Origin: a virus
Lineage: Duplodnaviria > Caudoviricetes
DNA length: 27,790 nucleotides
Virus record (IMG/VR): IMGVR_UViG_3300037631_003280
Coordinates: 1 to 27,790 of that record
Strand: one strand, 5' to 3'
Shown piece by piece: positions 7,784 through 16,700 of this stretch. Position 1 is the first letter of the stretch; every line of letters starts with the position of its first letter. The translations under genes and the position numbers were made by a program. The notes beneath the pieces are model-generated. The model ran no database searches. It was not told the origin of the DNA and saw nothing but the letters and a program-made list of their open reading frames with translations.

Positions 7784-10700
7784 ATGACTGACTACGAAAA
7801 GCTTGTTGGCTCACTAACTTCGCCGACCCCCGAACCTGAATTTGAGAATTTTTCAGACTGGTCTTCAGAAAGACCCGCCGAAGAAGAGGATACGGAGACC
7901 CGTATTAATTATGCGAACTACCTGCGTAAAACGTATATTGATGCTGGTGCAATGTCTCTTAACGCGGAGCAGGAGATTAGTAATGGACTGTATCAATCTT
8001 TAATTGCAGAAGGCACTGTAGAGAAGGGTGATGTGGATGGCTTTGCGGCACTCACGGCCCCTAAAGGAGTTTCTAGAGAAGCCAAGTTGAACATGATCCA
8101 AGCTAGGATCAGTCAAGATGATCCTGACTGGACTACTATCACGGAGTTCAAAGAAGCTAACCGGATGCGGTCGGAAGACCCTACATCTATTGGAGACGAT
8201 ACCTTCAATGAATTGCAGCTTAAATCTGACGAAGCTATCGACCGTCAGTATGATGTCGTAAAGAAACGAATGCTCCGCGCAGGAGATCTCCCTTTCATAG
8301 CTACCACAGACGCAGAAGGAAACCGCAGAATTATTGCAGGCGACTCTGCCTTAAAGTTTGATAAACTTAGTGACGCGCTCGCCGCTTCTTCCGCAGGAGA
8401 TGTGTCATTGTCGGATGCTCTCGATGCTCAAAGGCAACTAGAAATCCCTTCTTGGTCTACTGTCCCTGTTTTCAAACTGAATCGATACAACGAGGCAAAA
8501 GCAATGATCGACTCATTGTCGGGGGGTTCTTCTAAATTAGGAATCCAAATCGAAGCCCACGCTAAGAACCTAGCTGAGTCGGAAGACGAAGGGGTGATGG
8601 ATTGGTCTAAGAGAAGGTTGGAAGATGTCGGAGATTTCTTCAGCGGTATTTTTGGTGGAGATCACGATGCTGAACGGAGAATGGGTGCAGTAGAACGCGC
8701 TCAAGAAGTTGATCGCTCAGAGGCTATCCGTTCTATCGCGGAAAAGCTCAATAACCGGAGCGGACTCGAGCAAGGAGAGGAATATACCACAGAAGAAATC
8801 GAAGCTGCCTATAACCAAGCTGTCTTAGAGAAGGCTACCAACAGTGGGATGTTTGAATTCTACGAAGGGAAAGAAGCTGGGAAGAATCTCAGACTGACTT
8901 CTTTCGGAACTCCTGTCGTTCACTCGGCTGCGATGGTGAATGAAGATGCTTTCAACGATATGTTGAAGGCCCGACCTGACATCGATCCTGAAACACGTCG
9001 GGTGTTAGAAACAAATAGGGTTGCGTTATTGGATCAAAACTTTGAACGCTACGCAGACATTCTCAGTAGGAGTGGCGTTGACGACGAGTGGAATGCGGCT
9101 TTGATGCAGGGAAGGGCCGACGGTAAAGCTAACCACAAAATCTTGAATGATTTCTTAAAGGATGAAGAAAACTACAGTGAGTTTACTGAAAAAGCTGCTG
9201 GCGTAGGTTGGTCTGTAATCGACGGCTTTGGGACTCTTCTTGCTGCTGTTCCGGCAGCTATGGGTAGTGAGATAGCTACCGACTACTTAGCAAAGTCAGC
9301 GCAGCGTAGTGCTGACAGGAGAGAAGTAGCTAGAATGTTCAACCAAGAGTATGGTTACATCCAAGAAATTGCGGAGACCATAGTCCCCATGACGGTTGAT
9401 ATTGCAGCTACTGCTGCTCTAGCAACGGTTACTGCACCTGCCGCTGGAGTAGGAGGCGCGGCATATGTGGCTGCACGCGCTGGTTCTTTCGCTGCCGCGA
9501 AGGCTATTACTAAAGGAGTGGTGGCTCACACCATTAAAACCGCTCCTAAGAAGATTACTACTTTAGGGTTCGGTAAAAGCAAAGGATCACAGACGATGGC
9601 TCAAGTAATTGAGCAAGCGGTGAAAACGGGAGACGGCAAGTTAACTAACGACGTTATGAAAGCGTTCAATAGTAACTTGGCTGAGAAGATCGGAACTAGT
9701 TCGGCTGTTTTTGTCCCCGCAGCTACCAGATCAGGTGCTGCGACTTATGGTAGTATCACTAACCACCTTAGAGAAAACACAGATCTCTCTGATGAAGAAA
9801 TTAGAGACAGGGCTTTAGGTGCAGGTTTAACGAGTGCAGCGATAACAGGTATTATTACTTCTGGTTTTAGTCTGATGGGTCGTGGAGGACTAGATGACGC
9901 CTTCCTTCGCGGAATGTCTTTCAAAGAGTTGAAAGCGGTTACTAACAGAGTATCCGGTTTCGCACAGGATATTAAGGACGAAACTTTGTCAAAAGCGATC
10001 AAGAAATCGATAACTAAATCACTTAGTAAAAATGGCAAGATGGCTAGAGTTTTCTCATACGGCAAAAACTTTACTGACGAAGCTATGGAAGAGGGACTCG
10101 ACCAGTTCGTCAATAGCTTCGTAGAAGACGCAGCCCTTGATCAAGACACTCCGCTATTAGAGCGTCTGACGCAAACATTTCACGCTGCCATGATCGGGGG
10201 TATCATGGGGGCAGGTGCGCCTATTGTTCAGAAAGTTGGTTCTAGGTTGGCGATGAATGAGCAGCGTAAGTTTGCTCAAGTAGATCGTCTTTACGATCAA
10301 ATTGCTCAAGACGTAGAGTTAAATCTAAAAGATACAGGTAGCCCTATTTCCGCTGCTGTTCTCGGTAGGTATTTTAGATTGGGTGCGAAGGAGGCAACTC
10401 GTCAAGTGCCGCGACAGTCCGCTCCAGAAGTTGCGCCAGAACCTACGCAAGAAGTTGCGCCAGAACCTACGCAAGAAGTTGCGCCAGAGCCTACGCAAGA
10501 AGTTGCGCCATTGCTTGAAGGGGATCAACCTGAAGCATCGGATAGGCCGACTTACAATATAGCCCCCTCTCCACCGCCAAACTCTTCTCTTCTCACAGGA
10601 ATCCCTGAGCTTGACGCGTTACTGGAGCCTGCGATTGAGATGGATGAAGGTGTGGAGAAAATAGATGCTTTTAAGAAAGTATTTTTCGACTGGGCTAAGA

Positions 10701-13700
10701 CCAAAGAGCAAGACTTCATGAATATGCCTGAAGAAGAAATAGGCAATCTTGAAGTTGAAATTGACCCTGCTGCGTATTTTGCAGGATCTGCCGACGCCAC
10801 TGATGGGAGGAGAGTATTCTTATCGATAAGTCCTATGGGAACCCCCTTAATTAGGCTTATCAATAAAGACGGTAAACGCGTCGCCCCTAACAAAGTAATT
10901 TCGAGCGACCTATCTAGGGGTAGGATAAAAGTAATTGGGGAATTCAAGAGAGTTAACTCCAAAACAGAACAGGCAGAAGCTACGCAAGAGACGAATGAAG
11001 ATGATGTTATAGAGTCATTTAACGAAAGAGATCCTGAAGAACTCAGAAGAATAGCATCCTCTGCGCTCTCCGATATTAAATCGGGTCAGTATCCTAAAGC
11101 ATCCAAAACGTATACTCCCCCTCCTCCTAACCTTTCATTCTTCCAGAAAGGCAAAGAGATTACAGAGACAGAGGTGCAAGAAGCTGAAGCAGTTTTAGAA
11201 CTAGCGAATTTAGGTTACCCTGTAAGGATTACTTCCGCTAAGAAGCACGGCGTCCCGTTGACTAGAAAAGACGTATCAAAAGTTTCCGATTACCTTGCCG
11301 ATAAAATCTACGATAAATGGCCTTTGATTGAGTTGGAGTCTAAAGAGGGAGAACAAACATTTAAAGGGCAGCGGATTACTTACTTCGACCCAGTCACGAA
11401 AGAGAAAGTAGAAAGCAAAGTCATCAAAGGCAGGCTGGATTCTAAAGGCAACGGTATATTCAATAACGACCCTGTCTTGATGGCTCAGATGCTGGCCCAC
11501 AACATCCGAATCCCTGTTCCCGATTCCGTGAACGTGTTCGACATTAACCCTTCAATCCGTAACGGTATCGTAGATGGTTACGTCACCCGTGTAGAGAAGA
11601 CTCGCGATAATGGTTTAGGTGTAGAGCATTTAGGTAGCCCATTGAATGAGATTGTTAATGCTCAAGTGGACAAAAGCCGACTTGACGACTTAACCAAACT
11701 TCCTTTCACCACAGCAGGAATGGAGGAAACTGTAATGCCTCATGGAGCTACTCCAGTTAACGAAAGAGGCTACACCCTTCCGGTAGGGGATTCTCTATTT
11801 ACCTTTGGCGATATCCGTAATTCGTTGATCGACTATACACAAGCCGTCACGAAGGATTTCGAGATGATCAAGATCCACTTACGTAGAGGTAACAAAACAG
11901 GATTGGACTTACTTGAACAGTCTGACACAGGAGCGGTAACGCCTATTTTCGAGGCGTATCACGAATACTTATTCCTTTTGAATTTGTTCTCTGTAAGGGA
12001 CACGCTACTCAAAAGCACCACCCATAATTTCGCAGGAGGTGGTATCTTGGCTATTCCCGATAGGAAAGCTAGGAACTTCGCTGCTAGAGAGATAGCTACT
12101 AGACTGTCTATCGACAACATGGTGGTGAACAACAAGGTCAACACGAAGTTGTTGTCTTCTTCTCTTAAAGGATTTGTAAAGGCTGACGATAAAGCGTCAA
12201 ACGCAGACATTATTACTGAGTTTGTCAACGAGCAGATTCTAAATAACAAAGAGTTTGCGAACAACACGATGCCCTCCTTCCCCGCTATCCTTAGCAAAAA
12301 GGTTAGGAAGTATGTTGATCAAGAGAAGAGCAGGAACATGGCCCAACAGAATTCTGTTGTCTCCACCTTCTCTGATCTAGCTTTAGAGCCGAATAATTTC
12401 GGGTCGGGAGATCAGACAGACATCGACGGCAATGTAATGGTAGAGCCTTTCGCTGGGTCTGGCCCTCTTGATCGTGATACTGATCTTAGTGAAGCTTCTT
12501 TAGGTGCTAAAGCGGTATCGCAGTTGAGTATACAAGAAATCGATAGTTCTCCAGAACTTCGACAGTCCTTGGAGGAACTATTCATCGACGGCATTATTCC
12601 GAACGCATCGTCTAAACTTATAGGGGAAATCAAAGATATGCCCACCTCCGACATGATGAGTGTCATGGGTGAGTTTTTGAGGTCAGCTAACTACGAGTCT
12701 GCTCAAGGGTCTCAAGCTCTCAAGTTTAAGAAGCTCCTCTCAGACAGTGCGCTGGCAGGGCAAGAATCGTTTAGACAAGCTGTTTACTTAAACTACTTAT
12801 CGAATCTAGATAGCAACGATCCTCAGTTCATTACCGGACTTAGGTCTATGCTCAGAGAATCTTTAGGTAAGGACGTATCTGAGAAACAAGCCCTCAACTT
12901 CGTCAAGACAATCAACTCAGGTAGATTGTCACTGTTCTCTCGGACGCACGTATCAGGTAAGCAGAAAGCAATTTTTGAAGCCGAAAACCTTCATGATATT
13001 GAACGTCTAGGATTGGAGTCACAGAACCCTGAATCGGTTGTCAAAGCTATTGAAACGATAGCTAAGACTAGCGACAGCAAGTCTCATAGATTGGTAGCAG
13101 AACTCTTACTTGAGGATGCGAACTTCATCAGGCAAGTTAGTTTCGAGATCGCTGAGATCGAAGCTGACTTTGCAGGTAAGTATACTCGTCTGACGAACGG
13201 TAGCCATGTCGTGATGATTAACACAAAGACGGGTAACGGACTCGGTTTAGAGAATGCTCTTCTTGAAGAGTATGTCCATGCCTTCTTAAACAACGTAGCT
13301 AACTTGCCTCTCGATAGCCTCACTCCAAATCAAAGATCTGCACGCACGCGACTGGAAGGGTTGTTCAAGCTAGCAGAGGTAGAGTATCGTAAAGGAAAGT
13401 CTGATCCTTACATGGAGGATGCTTTCGAGAACTTCGATGAGTTCTTAGCTAAGTTCCTTCTTTCTCCTGAGCTTCAGTCACTGATCAAAGATCTCGACCC
13501 GCCTAAATCGCAGAGAGGGTTCTTCGCTAGAATCCTAGATGCTTTGGTATCGATGTTCCGAAAGATCTCCAAGTCGGAATCAGAGACCTACGCCGATGCT
13601 CTTAAAGATGTCATTTCTCTGAGCAAGTCGGTAGCTCGGACACAACCAGTGCCTGTCTCTCAGGTAGGTGCGGGGGTAGCGAAAGAAGCTATGAGAGCAG

Positions 13701-16700
13701 CTTCTGAGAACGCGAAGATGTATGAGTTTCTCGGGACTGACGAGGCTCCTGTATTGGCAGCTTCGCAGAGAGCAGTTGACCCTGAAGAGAGAAACTTGGA
13801 TTCCGTAATATCCGATTACAGGGAAAACAACAAAGCCTCTAAAGAAGAGCAGAGAGAGATGGAGTTGCTCATGATCCACATGAGGAGCCGTATGCCTTAC
13901 GGTATGCAATTACAACGTAATGAATCGAGTGACCCGCAAAGGGCGAACGCTCCCGCATATGCGTTAGGTAATCAGATCTTTATTAACCCTGAGATTATCA
14001 TGGCTCAGGTGGCAGACATGGACAGCATCGGTGCGCGGATGTATGTGGAGAGTGTCATCAGTGAAGAAGTAGCTCACGTTGCTTCTTGGAACTCACTCAC
14101 TTCGGCTGAGATTAACAACTACATCGACCGACTAAGTCTCGGAAACTACAAAGAGATCGCTGACGCATACTTCCAAGACTCGGCTGAGAAAGAAGCTAGT
14201 ATCGCTCTCTTGGAATCTTCGACTGAAGAGAACCTTACGCCGGAACAAGAGAACGATATACGAGTTCTTAAAAGACAACTAGCCGAAGAAAAACTCCGTA
14301 TGCACTTACAGAGAGTGACTCGCGGATTTACCACTGAAGAAGACGCAGATTTTTGGTCATCCGACCCATCTCTTCTCCAGATGATTGCACGTTACTTCAA
14401 AGGTATGTTCAGCAGACTCTCAGCTATGCGGGAGATGAAGGGAGGATCAGGTGTGTTAGACTCCATGCTTCGTAAGATTCATGGGGAGATCTTATTGATC
14501 AACGCTGGGTTCAACACAATCAAAGCAGACACACCGTTCGACACAGATAATCCTGAAGCTACGATGGCAGAGTTCAAACGCTTCATGGAGTCTGATGTCT
14601 TGGGTGACGCGCAAGAATATGGCGCAGCCGTAGATCAAGCCGTTACTTTGGCCGCTTCTTCGATGTCTATTGATTCTATTAATCGTGTCATGCGGAAGGC
14701 TCGTTTAGCCATGTCTGATGGGACTACCGTAATCGAGTCTGAAGAAGACGATACGTTAGAACCAATTGAAGTAAATAATCCAGACCCTTATACGGGTATG
14801 GATCATGAAGGCATAAAGAAAACATTTGAGAGCTTATCTAACGACAGGCAGAAGGTCTCAGTTAATATTGTAAAGAACACTGAATTTGAAGGGAATTCGT
14901 ATGCGAGTATCACTGTTAGCGACCCTCAAAACGAAGACGTTGCATTGTCTAGTGTTACGCTTAGTCTAGAAGAAAACGGTGAGATTCACGTAGATTTAAT
15001 GGTGAATACTCCTGCTGCAAGCAGTAGGACTCAGTCATTCTCATCGGATTTTATGCTCGCCGTTATTGCTAGTTCGGACGCGAATGGGATCAAGAAAATC
15101 ACTACCACGGGAGGTGGGGATTACCAGAGTGTTATCTTAAAAAGAGCTAGGGGGAGTGTAGTCCGGTTCATAGGTGAAGAGTATGGCTACGACATAAGAG
15201 ACGCTTTTAATGCTGCTATACCAGATTACTCTTCAGAAATGGTCGGTTATTCTACTTGGGCTAAGTCTGCATTTAAGCCAGACAATCCAAGGGCAGGGTA
15301 TTTTGATTTGAAAAGACTCAGTAAAGAAACTGACTTTTCTTATGAAGTGGGCATAAATAAACTTTTGGGATCGCTTGACCAGACATTCGCCAAGGAAGGA
15401 AAACCTCAACCTAGAATGAGGAGCGAGGATTTAGAAGATATTCTAGACCAACAGTACATAGATAATGTTGCCCGTGGCCAAGATAAAGATCAAGTAGTAG
15501 GTAAAGATACAGTATCCCCTCTCGACGCACTTACTCAGAAGGACAGACAAAATATTTACGATTACGCTGAAAAAACTATATTAAGTTACTATGAAGAGTC
15601 TTCTCGTAGTGCGAAAAATCTTTTAAGCTCTCAACCAGAAGGGGATTTCGATCTTTTTGAAGCCTTGAACGGAGGAACGATACGAGAAAACAAAATTGCG
15701 AAACTAAACTGGGAAAAATCTGGTAGCCCAATCGAATTCACTTTTGATTTAACTAAAGGCAGCGCATCGTTAAAAAGTTACTTAGAACATTTTAGTAAAC
15801 TAATTTTCTCAAAGAAGAACGCCCCTGAAAAGATTGGCGAGGCTATAGCCAACTACCGTGCTGAAGTAGAAGGAGCCGCGCCAGAAGACATCCAGTCAAT
15901 TAAAGACAAGCATAATGCTATTGTCATGGATAAGGACGGGGAAATTGGTTTAGACTTCCCACTGTTCGCTTCCAACCGTAACCCTAATCCTGTTTCTTTG
16001 GGAGATAAGTATGACTTCTCAATGATTCCAGAACTCCTTGAAGTCCCTCAGTTTGCATACAAGACCTACAAGTCGCCTGATGGTTTCTTCTCTCGGATCT
16101 TCAAAGGGGATCTAGGCTCTCCGATCCGCTCCATGTTGGATCAAAGGGACGAGTTCAAGAGAGGTGGAATCCACATTCTTAAATCGTTCCATAAGAGATT
16201 CAATGATGTGGTCGAAGAGGACGGCATCGTCTTGGATAAATCCACCCTTGACCTCATCGCTACTGCACAGGGATACAATGAGAACTCTCTCGTCAAAAAT
16301 GAATTCTATGCTGCTAAAGAAGTAGAGCATAAACAGAGAGTGGAAGCCATCGAGGCCGACGACAATCTGACTGCCAAACAAAAGAAGTCTGAGAAAGATG
16401 CTTCTAAGCAAAGGCGCGACGATGAGATCAATCTCCAAGAAACAACTGCAATCGATGCCCGAAACTTGGAAACTTCTCAGGCTTTGACTGACCTCGCTAA
16501 GATGTCTCCAAAACTCGCAGCTTTGATAACTTCGATCAGGACTGAGTTAATCCAGCCCATACAGAAAAAGATTATGAAATCGGGTATCTCCGATGAGCTT
16601 AAGCTTCGTATTGACCAGACAGGAGGATTCTACATTACTAGAAACTACCAAATGTTTAATGATCCTACTTTCGCTCAGAAAGTGAGGGAAGATCCTTTAT

